44,169 nt of DNA from Dehalococcoidia bacterium (GCA_050185685.1 JBFWZE010000002.1:7085-51253), one strand, 5' to 3'. Shown: positions 1-8,534, counted from the stretch's first letter. Notes: a model not told the origin generated them from the letters alone. A program made the numbers and translations.

Positions 1-1254
1 GTGGCGAAGTCGACCTGGGAGCGCTTCGCCAATCGCGTCCAGTACGTCCGCGGCGAGCTCACCAGCGAGGACATGCAGCAACTGCACGAGCACCTGCCCG
101 GCAACGCCGCCTTCTACCTCGCGCTGCCGCCGGACCTCTTTTCCGAGACGTCGGCTGCCATCGCGGAAGCCGGACTGAACCGCGCGGACAACGGCTGGCG
201 GCGGATCGTGCTCGAGAAGCCCTTCGGCAGCGACCTCGAATCGGCGATCGCGCTCAACCATCAGCTGCACGAGGCGTGGCGCGAAGACCAGATCTTCCGC
301 ATCGACCACTTCCTCGGCAAGGAGACGGTGCAGAACATCCTCCTGTTCCGCTTCGCCAACCGCTTCCTCGACCCTGTACTCAACTCGACGAACGTCGACT
401 ACGTCGAGATCACCGCGGCGGAGACGCTCGGCCTCGAGGGGCGCGTCAGCTTCTATGACGGCGTCGGCGCCATGCGGGACATGCTGCAGAGCCACCTGAT
501 GCAGCTGATGGCGCTCGTGGCCATGGAGCCGCTCTCCGGCTGGGAGAACGACCTCCTGCACGACCACAAAGTCGACGCGCTCCACTCGGTACGGCCGATC
601 GACATGGAATTGGTGGACGAGCACGCGATCCGAGGGCAGTACGAGAGCGGCCGCGTCGACGGCAAGCAGCTCAAGGCGTACCGCAAGGAAGAGGGGATTC
701 CCGCCGGCAGCAACACGGAGACGTTTGCGGCGCTGAAGCTCTACATCGACAACTGGCGCTGGCAGGGGACGCCCTTCTACCTGCGCAGCGGCAAGCGCCT
801 CAGGACCGACCGTACCGAGGTGGTTATCCACTTCCATGCGCCGCCCTTCCGCCTGCCCGGCCGCGACATGGACCCCGACGCCAACCGCCTCGTCTTTCGG
901 CTGCGGCCGCACGAGTCGATCAATCTCGCGGTGCAGGCGCGAAAGCCCGGCCTCGCGTTCGAGACCGAAGACCTTAACCTCCACGCCGATTACACGGGCA
1001 GCGAGTCGTCGAGCTCGGCGTACCGGCAGCTGATCCTCGACCTGCTCGAAGGGGAGCAGACCGCCTTCCTCCGCTTCGACGAGGTCGAGTGGGCGTGGCG
1101 TATCCTCGACCCGGTCCTCAAGGCGTGGGGGAAGGGCAGCCCCGACCCGTATCCGGCCGGCAGCGACGGCCCGCAGTGCCAGGAGCGGCTGCTCTCCAGG
1201 GGCCATCGCTGGCGCAGCTTCGACCACGACCCGATACCGGCCCATGGGACCTGA
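1..1254 (+). CDS. zwf: glucose-6-phosphate 1-dehydrogenase, N-terminus cut by the window edge
   Basis: The ORF runs from base 1. It contains EKPFG and the G6PD signature RIDHFLGKE, plus a C-terminal Y(R/K)QLILD-type region. About 100 N-terminal residues (the NADP-binding GxxGDLA part) are missing, so the gene continues upstream of the window. Confidence 0.9.
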   Translation: MAKSTWERFANRVQYVRGELTSEDMQQLHEHLPGNAAFYLALPPDLFSETSAAIAEAGLNRADNGWRRIVLEKPFGSDLESAIALNHQLHEAWREDQIFRIDHFLGKETVQNILLFRFANRFLDPVLNSTNVDYVEITAAETLGLEGRVSFYDGVGAMRDMLQSHLMQLMALVAMEPLSGWENDLLHDHKVDALHSVRPIDMELVDEHAIRGQYESGRVDGKQLKAYRKEEGIPAGSNTETFAALKLYIDNWRWQGTPFYLRSGKRLRTDRTEVVIHFHAPPFRLPGRDMDPDANRLVFRLRPHESINLAVQARKPGLAFETEDLNLHADYTGSESSSSAYRQLILDLLEGEQTAFLRFDEVEWAWRILDPVLKAWGKGSPDPYPAGSDGPQCQERLLSRGHRWRSFDHDPIPAHGT

Positions 1255-3055
1255 CACCGTTTACAAGCCCGGACGGATTGAAGACTACGCGCTCATCGGG
1301 GACCTGGAGACGGCAGCGCTCGTCAGTAACCGTGGCTCGCTCGACTGGCTCTGCCTGCCCCGCTTCGATTCGCCTGCCTGCTTCGCCGCCCTTCTCGGCG
1401 ATGAGAGCAACGGCCGCTGGCTGATCGAACCGCGCGGCGAGTTCAAGACGACGCGACGTTACCGCGACGACACGCTGATCCTCGAGACGCGCTTCGAGAC
1501 GTCGAGCGGTGCGATCACGCTGGTCGACTTCATGCCGATCAAGGACCCATCGCAGTGCAGCTCTATCGTGAGGCTCGTACGTGGCGAGCGCGGCAGCGTC
1601 GCCATGCACACAGACATCACGATGCGCTTCGACTATGGTCACACGGTGCCGTGGGTGCAGCGGACGCCGGCGGGCATCCTCGCGCTGTCCGGTCCGAACG
1701 CCGCCTCGATCGTGACGCCGGTGAATCTCTCCGGCCACAACTTCCACACCACCGGTGAGTTCGTGGTGAACAAGGGCGACGTCGTTCCTTTCGTCATGTC
1801 GTATCACAACTCGCTGGAGCAGCCGGAGAGCATCCAGGACCCGGAGCTGCTCTGCGACTACACGGCCGCGTGGTGGACGCGCTGGAGTAGCCGCATCCTC
1901 TGCCAGGGCCCGTACCGCGACCACATCGTGCGCAGCGTGATCACGCTCAAAGCGCTTACCCATCAGCCGTCCGGCGGCATCGTCGCAGCGGCGACCACCT
2001 CGCTGCCGGAAGAGATCGGCGGCGAGCGCAACTGGGACTACCGCTTCTGCTGGCTGCGTGACGCGACCTTCACGCTCTACGCCCTGCTTTCGTCGGGCCT
2101 CACGGACGAGGCGCTGCACTGGCGCGACTGGCTCGTCCGGGTCGCGGCGGGGAAGCCGGACCAGCTGCAGTCGCTGTACGGACCGACGGGCGAGCGCCTG
2201 CTACCCGAGTTCAACATCGAATGGCTGGCAGGCTATGAGGCCAGCAGCCCGGTCCGTGTCGGCAACGAGGCGAGCAAGCAGCTCCAGGTCGACATCTACG
2301 GCGAGGTGATGGACGTCTTCCACGTCAGCCGCCGCTCAGGCATCCGCGAGACACCCCAGAGCTGGGCGCTGCAGCAGGCGCTGATCGACTTCCTCGAGTC
2401 CGGCTGGCGCAAAGCAGATAGCGGCATCTGGGAGGTGCGGGGCCGTCGCCGTCACTTCACGCACTCAAAGGTGATGGCCTGGGTCGGCGTCGACCGGGCG
2501 GTGAAGGCCGTCGAGCGCCACGGCCTCGACGGGCCCGTCGACAAGTGGCGGGCGCTGCGCCAGAAGATCCAGGACGACATCCTCAAGCGCGGCTACGACC
2601 CGAACATCGGCGCCTTCACCCAGTACTACGGCTCCGGGACCGTCGACGCCGCGCTTCTCCTGATCCCGATGGTCGGGTTTCTGCCAGCGCATGACCCTCG
2701 TGTCCTGGGCACGATCAGCGCGATCGAGAAGCACCTCCTGCATGACGGCCTCGTCTACCGCTACCGGCCCAAGATCGAGGTCGAAGGCGTCACGGGCGGT
2801 GAAAGCGCTTTCTTGCCGTGCAGCTTCTGGCTCGCCGACAACTACCTCATGAGCGGCCGTCGCGAGAAGGCAGCGAAGCTCTACGAGCACCTCCTGACAC
2901 TGACCAACGACGTGGGGCTGATCTCAGAGGAGTACGACCCGCGGGCCGGGCGGATGCTGGGGAACTTCCCGCAGGCCTTCACCCACGTGTCGCTCGTCAA
3001 CACGGCGCAGAACCTGGTGAACCACAGCCCGGTGGAGCACCGCGCCAGCGGATAG
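1244..3055 (+). CDS. glycoside hydrolase family 15 protein (glucoamylase/trehalase-like)
   Basis: 603 aa. The N-terminus IEDYALIGDLETAALV and the motif GERNWDYRFCWLRDA are typical of bacterial GH15 glucoamylase-related proteins. The ATG overlaps the zwf 3' end by 11 nt. Confidence 0.85.
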   Translation: MGPDTVYKPGRIEDYALIGDLETAALVSNRGSLDWLCLPRFDSPACFAALLGDESNGRWLIEPRGEFKTTRRYRDDTLILETRFETSSGAITLVDFMPIKDPSQCSSIVRLVRGERGSVAMHTDITMRFDYGHTVPWVQRTPAGILALSGPNAASIVTPVNLSGHNFHTTGEFVVNKGDVVPFVMSYHNSLEQPESIQDPELLCDYTAAWWTRWSSRILCQGPYRDHIVRSVITLKALTHQPSGGIVAAATTSLPEEIGGERNWDYRFCWLRDATFTLYALLSSGLTDEALHWRDWLVRVAAGKPDQLQSLYGPTGERLLPEFNIEWLAGYEASSPVRVGNEASKQLQVDIYGEVMDVFHVSRRSGIRETPQSWALQQALIDFLESGWRKADSGIWEVRGRRRHFTHSKVMAWVGVDRAVKAVERHGLDGPVDKWRALRQKIQDDILKRGYDPNIGAFTQYYGSGTVDAALLLIPMVGFLPAHDPRVLGTISAIEKHLLHDGLVYRYRPKIEVEGVTGGESAFLPCSFWLADNYLMSGRREKAAKLYEHLLTLTNDVGLISEEYDPRAGRMLGNFPQAFTHVSLVNTAQNLVNHSPVEHRASG

Positions 3056-3061
3056 CGGCCC

Positions 3062-3928
3062 CTACAGCAGCTCTCTGACCGCCCGCAGCGCGTCGATATG
3101 CTCGGTCACGGCGCGTCGCCCTGTGCCGATCGATCGCACCGTCAGATGGCTCGCTCCCAGCGCTTGCCAGGCGGCGATGTCCTGCTCCAAGTCGTCGCGG
3201 CTGCCGCGGGCGAGGTAGATCTGACCCTCGAGCTCGAGAGCAGAGGGGTCGCGGCCAGCTTCCTGCAAATACGTCTGAATTTTTGCGTATCGAGACAGGA
3301 ACTCGTCCGAGCCGGGCCGTATGAGCGGCAGCCAGCCGTCTGCCTTCGCGGCGACTCGGCGCAGGGCTGCGTCTGCGTCACCGCCGATCCAGAGCGGGAT
3401 CGGCTGCTGTACCGGGCGCGGCGTGATGCCAGCGCGGTCGATGTGGTGCCAGCGGCCGTGAAACTCTACGACGTCCTGCGTCCACAGCGCCCGCATCACG
3501 TCAATCTGCTCGTCCATGCGGCGCCCGCGCGTCGCGAAGTCCTCGTTCAGCGCTTCAAACTCGAGCTGGTTCCAGCCCGCGCCGATGCCGAGTCGCAGGC
3601 GGCCGCCGGAGAGGTAGTCGATCTCAGCCGCCTGCTTCGCGAGGAGCACGGCCTGGCGCTGGGGTGAGACGAGAACCTCGGTGCAGAATTCGATGCGGGT
3701 CGTGGCGGCCGCGAGGAAGGCGATGAGAGTCAACGACTCATGGAGGAAGCTCTTGTGGCTGACGCTGCCACGCGCCGGCGCAGGCCGTCCTGTCGGATCG
3801 CCGCCGATGACGTGCTCGTAGGCGACGAGGTAGTCATAGCCCATCGCCTCGACCTCGCGCGCGAAGGCGATGGTGTCAGCGGGCGTCTCGACACCGTCCA
3901 TCATCGGGATGAGCACGCCGGTCTTCAT
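3062..3928 (-). CDS. LLM-class (luciferase-like) flavin/F420-dependent oxidoreductase
   Basis: 288 aa with the TIM-barrel LLM pattern (GYDYLVAYEHV, GRLRLGIGAGW, PIPLWIGG). The F420 versus FMN choice cannot be decided by eye. Confidence 0.75.
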   Translation of the reverse strand: MKTGVLIPMMDGVETPADTIAFAREVEAMGYDYLVAYEHVIGGDPTGRPAPARGSVSHKSFLHESLTLIAFLAAATTRIEFCTEVLVSPQRQAVLLAKQAAEIDYLSGGRLRLGIGAGWNQLEFEALNEDFATRGRRMDEQIDVMRALWTQDVVEFHGRWHHIDRAGITPRPVQQPIPLWIGGDADAALRRVAAKADGWLPLIRPGSDEFLSRYAKIQTYLQEAGRDPSALELEGQIYLARGSRDDLEQDIAAWQALGASHLTVRSIGTGRRAVTEHIDALRAVRELL

Positions 3929-4265
3929 CGGGCTCCTGGTGGATCAGGGTTCGCCGGTATAAACGAGGAGCCAATTGTAATCGCTGGCATATACCTGTAA
4001 GGGCTCACTTCCACTTTGCCGATCATGTTCTTGGTAACGTAGAAGTAGGGAAACTAGGGGAAGCCTGGGGAGGGCCCACTATGGAAATATTTCGGCAAAT
4101 GCAGCCGCTAGCGGACGACCGGGCGGGAAACTGGCCCGGCGCTCCCGCTCACCGGCGGGGAACGCGGCGGCTGAAGCCCGAAGCACAGGCTGTTTCGAGG
4201 ACCGAAGAGCGCCGCCAACCGGCCGAGGAGCACCGGGAGGCTCCTGCCGAAGACTAAGCCGCAGC

Positions 4266-4296
4266 TTGACACCCGCCCGCGAAGCATCGTTAGCTT
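4266..4296 (+). promoter_or_regulatory. candidate sigma70-type promoter for asd (TTGACA -35, TAGCTT-like -10)
   Basis: A perfect TTGACA at 4266-4271 is followed 17-19 nt later by GTTAGCTT, about 40 nt upstream of the asd start. The spacing is not ideal and promoter rules for this lineage are not known to me. Confidence 0.25.
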
Positions 4297-4335
4297 GAGT
4301 ATTCCCAGAACTCTAGCGAAGGAAATCGAAGGCGA

Positions 4336-5421
4336 GTGGAAAAGTATCGAGTCGGCGTCCTGGGCGCTACCGGCATGGTCGGTCAGCGCTTCATTTCGCT
4401 CCTGGACGGTCACCCCTGGTTCGAGGTCGTCAGCGTTGCTGCCAGCCCGCGCTCGAAGGGTAAGACCTACAAGGACGCGGTCGAAGGACGCTGGACCCTC
4501 GCCAAGCCGATGCCGGAGCGCATCTCCGGCATGATCGTCAAAGACGTCACCGCTGACCTCGACGTTATTGCGGACGAAGTCGACTTCGTCTGCAGCGCCC
4601 TCGACATGGCCAAGGGCGCTATTCGCGACATCGAGGACGCGTACGCAAAACGCGAGACCCCCGTTATCTCAAACAACTCTGCGCACCGCTGGACGCCCGA
4701 CGTCCCGATGGTGATGCCCGAGATCAACGCCGAGCACATCGGCGTGATCACGGCACAGCGCCGCCGCCTCGGCACGAAGTCGGGCTTCATCGCCGTCAAG
4801 CCGAACTGCTCGATCCAGCCCTACGTGCCGGCGATGCACGCCCTCGCCGACTTCGAGCCGGAGAAGGCCTCGGTCTGCACCTACCAGGCGATCAGCGGCG
4901 CCGGCAAGACGTTCGAGACGTGGCCGGAGATGATCGACAACGTGATTCCGTTCATCGGCGGCGAAGAGGACAAGAGTGAGCGCGAGCCCCTGAAGATCTG
5001 GGGCAACATCGCGGACGGCGAGATCGTCCCGATCAACTACCCGACGATTTCGGCGCAGTGCATTCGCGTCCCGGTAACCGACGGCCACATGGCCGCGGTG
5101 TCGGTCTCGTTCAAGAAGAAGCCGTCGATCGAGACGATCCTCGACCGCTGGGCCACGTTCGAGTGGGACTCGCGCGCGACCGGGCTGCCGTCCTCCCCGG
5201 TTCCGTTCCTGGTCTACTCGGGCGAAGACAACCGCCCGCAGACGCTGCTCGACCGCGACGCCGGTAACGGCATGGCGGTAACGCTGGGCCGCCTGCGAGA
5301 CGACAACATCTTCGACTACAAGTTCGTGGCGCTCTCGCACAACACCGTGCGAGGCGCAGCCGGCGGCGCCATCCTCATGGCTGAGCTGCTGTCGAACGAG
5401 GGGTACCTGGTCCGCAAGTAA
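4336..5421 (+). CDS. asd: aspartate-semialdehyde dehydrogenase
   Basis: 361 aa. It has an N-terminal Rossmann motif VGVLGATGMVGQRF, an active-site region with NCS (KPNCSIQ), and SHNTVRGAAGGA near the C-terminus. GTG start. Confidence 0.9.
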   Translation: MEKYRVGVLGATGMVGQRFISLLDGHPWFEVVSVAASPRSKGKTYKDAVEGRWTLAKPMPERISGMIVKDVTADLDVIADEVDFVCSALDMAKGAIRDIEDAYAKRETPVISNNSAHRWTPDVPMVMPEINAEHIGVITAQRRRLGTKSGFIAVKPNCSIQPYVPAMHALADFEPEKASVCTYQAISGAGKTFETWPEMIDNVIPFIGGEEDKSEREPLKIWGNIADGEIVPINYPTISAQCIRVPVTDGHMAAVSVSFKKKPSIETILDRWATFEWDSRATGLPSSPVPFLVYSGEDNRPQTLLDRDAGNGMAVTLGRLRDDNIFDYKFVALSHNTVRGAAGGAILMAELLSNEGYLVRK

Positions 5422-5443
5422 GGCCAAGTTTCGCGAATCCACG

Positions 5444-5476
5444 GGATGCCCGGCGTGCGCGTCGGGCATCCTTTTT
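5444..5476 (+). terminator. intrinsic terminator after asd
   Basis: A perfect 9-bp stem, GGATGCCCG (5444-5452) / CGGGCATCC (5463-5471), with a 10-nt loop, is followed directly by TTTTT (5472-5476). Confidence 0.65.
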
Positions 5477-5587
5477 CGCTGAACCCCGACATCATTCAGC
5501 CCCGACCGAAATGACCTCTCCCGCCTGCCCGCAATCGGTGATACCTTGCGGTGGCAACACCGACGCGTATTCGAGAGGACATGAGCG

Positions 5588-6427
5588 ATGCCTTACACGG
5601 CTGAAGAGACCAGCAAGTTCGTCCAGGCGGGCGACGTCAAGATCCACTACCACGAGGCGGGCAGCGGCCCGGCCGTCGTCTGCATCCACGGCGGCGCTCC
5701 CGGCGCGTACGGCTGGGGCAACTTCGGCTACAACGTGGACGCGCTGGCGGAGAACTTCCGCACGATCATCGTCGACCTGCCGGGCTACGGTAAGTCGGAC
5801 AAGCCCAACGTCGCCGGCGGCCGCTACGCGTTCTACGCGAAGACCTTCAAGGCGATGTTCGAAGCCCTGGGCATCGAGAAGGCCCACGTCGTCGGCATGG
5901 CGACCGGTGGTGGCGCCGCGATCATGATGGCGATCGAGTACCCGGAGCTGATCGACAAGCTCGTCCTCGTCAGCTCGGCCGGCGGCATGTCGAACACGCA
6001 GCTCAACCCGAGCGAGGGCCAGAAGGTCATCCAGGGCTACTACGGCGGCGACGGCCCGTCCTTCGAGAAGATGCGCCGCTACCTCGAGATGATGATGTAC
6101 GACAAGAACATGATCACCGACCAGATGATCCAGGAGCGCTACGACGCGAGCATCCAGCCGGAGTTCATGGTCCAGGCCCCCGAGGGCCGCGGCGCCGCGA
6201 ACCAGCAGATCACGGAGCCGGTCTGGAAGGAAATGGACCGGATCAAGGCCGAGACCCTGATCATCTGGGGCCGCGACAACCGCGTGCAGGGCTACGACAA
6301 CGCGCTGTTCATGCTGATGCGCATCCCGAACGTCCAGCTCCACATTTACGGCAAGACGGGCCTCTGGGTCCCGGTCGAGCGCGCGAAGGAGTTCAACCAG
6401 CTGGTGACGAGCTTCCTCAAGGACTAG
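5588..6427 (+). CDS. alpha/beta-fold protein of the meta-cleavage-product (C-C bond) hydrolase family (BphD/HsaD/MhpC-like) lacking the Ser-Asp-His triad
   Basis: 279 aa, colinear by eye with BphD (TSKFV, IHY.EAG, HGG.PGA, G.GKSD, WGRD.R, LH....K.G.W......EFN.LV..FL). The nucleophile motif is GMATGG instead of GNSMGG, GRDNRV replaces GRDDRF, and TGLW replaces CGHW. The SD GAGAGGA lies 8 nt upstream of the ATG. Confidence 0.85.
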   Translation: MPYTAEETSKFVQAGDVKIHYHEAGSGPAVVCIHGGAPGAYGWGNFGYNVDALAENFRTIIVDLPGYGKSDKPNVAGGRYAFYAKTFKAMFEALGIEKAHVVGMATGGGAAIMMAIEYPELIDKLVLVSSAGGMSNTQLNPSEGQKVIQGYYGGDGPSFEKMRRYLEMMMYDKNMITDQMIQERYDASIQPEFMVQAPEGRGAANQQITEPVWKEMDRIKAETLIIWGRDNRVQGYDNALFMLMRIPNVQLHIYGKTGLWVPVERAKEFNQLVTSFLKD

Positions 6428-6450
6428 CTAGGGCTTCCAGCAAGCACAAC

Positions 6451-6487
6451 GAACGGCCCGGACAAAATCCCGGGCCGTTCGTGTTTT
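6451..6487 (+). terminator. intrinsic terminator after the hydrolase-like gene
   Basis: An 11-bp stem, GAACGGCCCGG (6451-6461) / CCGGGCCGTTC (6470-6480), is followed by GTGTTTTG. Confidence 0.65.
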
Positions 6488-6574
6488 GTGGCAGTCGTCC
6501 CTGTCCATCCTGAACGGAGTGAAGGATCTCCCTCCGAATGACGGGGTCACACAGAGACGGGACCGCAGAGCCTT

Positions 6575-6641
6575 TCGCAGCAGAGCTAAAGCGCTGCAGC
6601 TACATCCCTCACTCGCAGGTCTAAAGACCTGCAGCTACATC
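6575..6641. repeat. two tandem ~30-nt hairpin units ending in CTGCAGCTACATC
   Basis: Unit 1 (6575-6606) is TCGCAG-CAGAG-CTAAAG-CG-CTGCAGCTACATC. Unit 2 (6613-6641) is TCGCAG-GT-CTAAAG-AC-CTGCAGCTACATC. Each folds into a TAAA-looped hairpin (unit 2 has a perfect 7-bp stem, GCAGGTC/GACCTGC). They sit in the 3' intergenic space between convergent genes. Confidence 0.4.
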
Positions 6642-6657
6642 TGATCTTTACGCGTCG

Positions 6658-7443
6658 CTAGGTCGTTGTTTTGACCGCCCTGATGACCAGCGTCGTGTGG
6701 TCGAAGAGGATGCGGCCGTCCTCGTAGCGGAGGTTGACGCCGGCGTGGCTGCCCGCTTCGGCCAGCTCTCGCATGACGACCTGCAGCGGGCCGATGCGGC
6801 TGCTGTCGTTGGTGATCGCAAGCCACTCGCCGAACTCGCGGTGGGCGACCTGCTGTGCTTCGGACTCGACCTCGAAGCCCGCGCGCTTCAGCTCACCGAG
6901 AAGGACGCTTCGGGACAGCATGCGGACGTGGGACGGGTCACGCAGCGTCTCGAGAGCGTTGTGGAGACTCGACTCGTCGGCGTCCTCGGATGAGACGACG
7001 TCGCTGAGGACGAGGCGGCCGCCGGCTCGCAAGATACGTGCGACCTCGGCGAGCACCGTGGTCGGGTCGTCGAAGTGGTGAATCGCCGAGCGCGTGACGA
7101 CAACGTCAAAGCTCGCGTCCGCAAAGGGCAGGCGCTTGCTGTTGCCCAGGACGAAGGCCGCGTTCTCACGCCCGGCGTCGGTGCAGCGCTTCGCGGCGCG
7201 CTTGAGCATCTCCGGTGTCAGGTCGAGGCCGACGAGCTGTCCGACGTCCTGCGCCAGCGGCTCCGAGACAATGCCGGGGCCGCAGCCGAGGTCGAGTACG
7301 CGCATCGAGGCGTCGAGCGCCGCGACCGCGCGCAGGTCGGTGAGGCGTCGCTCGTCGGTGAAGCGAGGCGACGCGGTCATGGCGTCTGCCTGGCGGGTGA
7401 ACTCGCCGCGGATGCGCTCTTCGTACTGACGGTCGGCGGTCAT
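6658..7443 (-). CDS. class I SAM-dependent methyltransferase
   Basis: 261 aa with SAM-binding motif I VLDLGCGPG and a post-I acidic GLDL, resembling the Methyltransf_11/UbiE-like layout. The start ATG overlaps the stop of the upstream M20 gene (ATGA). Confidence 0.85.
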   Translation of the reverse strand: MTADRQYEERIRGEFTRQADAMTASPRFTDERRLTDLRAVAALDASMRVLDLGCGPGIVSEPLAQDVGQLVGLDLTPEMLKRAAKRCTDAGRENAAFVLGNSKRLPFADASFDVVVTRSAIHHFDDPTTVLAEVARILRAGGRLVLSDVVSSEDADESSLHNALETLRDPSHVRMLSRSVLLGELKRAGFEVESEAQQVAHREFGEWLAITNDSSRIGPLQVVMRELAEAGSHAGVNLRYEDGRILFDHTTLVIRAVKTTT

Positions 7444-8534
7444 GCGGTGAGGCTGTGCAGGAGTCGGCGCAGGACGGCGACACCCTTGCCGATCGGCTCG
7501 ACGTCGATTTCTTCGGTCGGGTGGTGCTGGTTGCGGCCGAGGGTGAGGCCGGTGCAGATCGACGGAATGCCTGCGGCGATGAAGGCGTTCGCGTCGGTGG
7601 AGCTCGCCGAGTAGCGTGCGGCGGGCAGCCCTTCGCCGGCGCGTGCGCCCTGGGCGGCAAGGACGAGGGGGTGGTCGTTCGGCATTACGCCGGCGGGGCG
7701 GCGGCCGACTTCTTCGACCATGACCTCCAGCGGCGTTTCCTTCGCGGCGCGGTAGATCCAGTCCTCGAAGGTCTTGAGCAGCCCTTCAGACGCCGAGCGC
7801 GCTTCGAAGGTTACCTCGGCAGAGGCGGCGATTGCGGTGACGTAGGTGCCGCCGTGGACGGTGCCGATGTTCACCGAGAGGTCGCCGCCGATCTCCTTCT
7901 GGGCGCCGAGGACTTGCTCACCGTACTGGATCAGGGCGTGCACGGCGCTGGGCCGGCCGCGGTCGCCCCAGCTGTGACCACCGGGGCCCTCGATGCGGCC
8001 GCGGTAGCGGAGGCTGCCGACGGCCGTCGTGCAAATCGCATCCTGGCGGTGGCCTTCGACGGCGAGGACGGCAGATGCCTTCGCCGGCAGCCCTTCCTTG
8101 ATCAGGTGGCGCACACCGCGGAGGTCGCCGAGGCCTTCCTCGCCGACGTCAAAGCAGAAGACGAGGGGCCTGTTGAAGCTCTGGTCCTTGAAGTCGCGGG
8201 CGAGGTTCAGCAGAGTTGCGACGCCGAGGGAGTTGTCGCCGATGCCGCAGCCGGCTACCGCGCCGCCGTTGCGCTCGAACTTCAGCTCCTGCTCGATGGA
8301 GAAGACCGTGTCGAGGTGGGCAATCGCCCAGACGGCGCCATCGAGAGACGCCGGCTCGCCGAGGCGGCAGATCACGTTGCCGATGGCGTCGCGTTCCACC
8401 TGCCAGCCGCCGGTAGCACGCATACGGCGCTCGACTTCATCGCCCCTGGCCTGCTCGCCGAAGGGCGGCGCGGCGATTGAGGCGATTTCGATGGTTTCCT
8501 TGAGGATGGCTTCTGAGCTGAGGTCTACAGTCAT
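7440..8534 (-). CDS. M20 family metallopeptidase (peptidase T / tripeptidase-like)
   Basis: Metal-ligand pattern HLDTV, GIGDN, GEEG, STDAN and HHPTEE. I place the start at the ATG at 8534 (MTVDLSSEAILKE) because GGGAGGA lies upstream of it. The track ORF extends to 8633 with a non-homologous-looking extension. Confidence 0.85.
   Translation of the reverse strand: MTVDLSSEAILKETIEIASIAAPPFGEQARGDEVERRMRATGGWQVERDAIGNVICRLGEPASLDGAVWAIAHLDTVFSIEQELKFERNGGAVAGCGIGDNSLGVATLLNLARDFKDQSFNRPLVFCFDVGEEGLGDLRGVRHLIKEGLPAKASAVLAVEGHRQDAICTTAVGSLRYRGRIEGPGGHSWGDRGRPSAVHALIQYGEQVLGAQKEIGGDLSVNIGTVHGGTYVTAIAASAEVTFEARSASEGLLKTFEDWIYRAAKETPLEVMVEEVGRRPAGVMPNDHPLVLAAQGARAGEGLPAARYSASSTDANAFIAAGIPSICTGLTLGRNQHHPTEEIDVEPIGKGVAVLRRLLHSLTA

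Noticed and set aside
4119-4185. Resemblance of GGGAAACUGGCCCGGCGCUCCCGC...UGAAGCCCG to the cores of cobalamin or SAM-I riboswitches.
   Set aside because: Only short fragments match. The B12 box and the SAM-I P1/P3 elements are missing or out of order. The apparent asd promoter lies downstream of the segment. It would need an Infernal/Rfam scan to revisit.
6575-6641. A possible CRISPR array, suggested by repeated ~30-nt units.
   Set aside because: There are only two units, separated by 6 nt rather than a spacer-length sequence, and there are no cas genes in the window.
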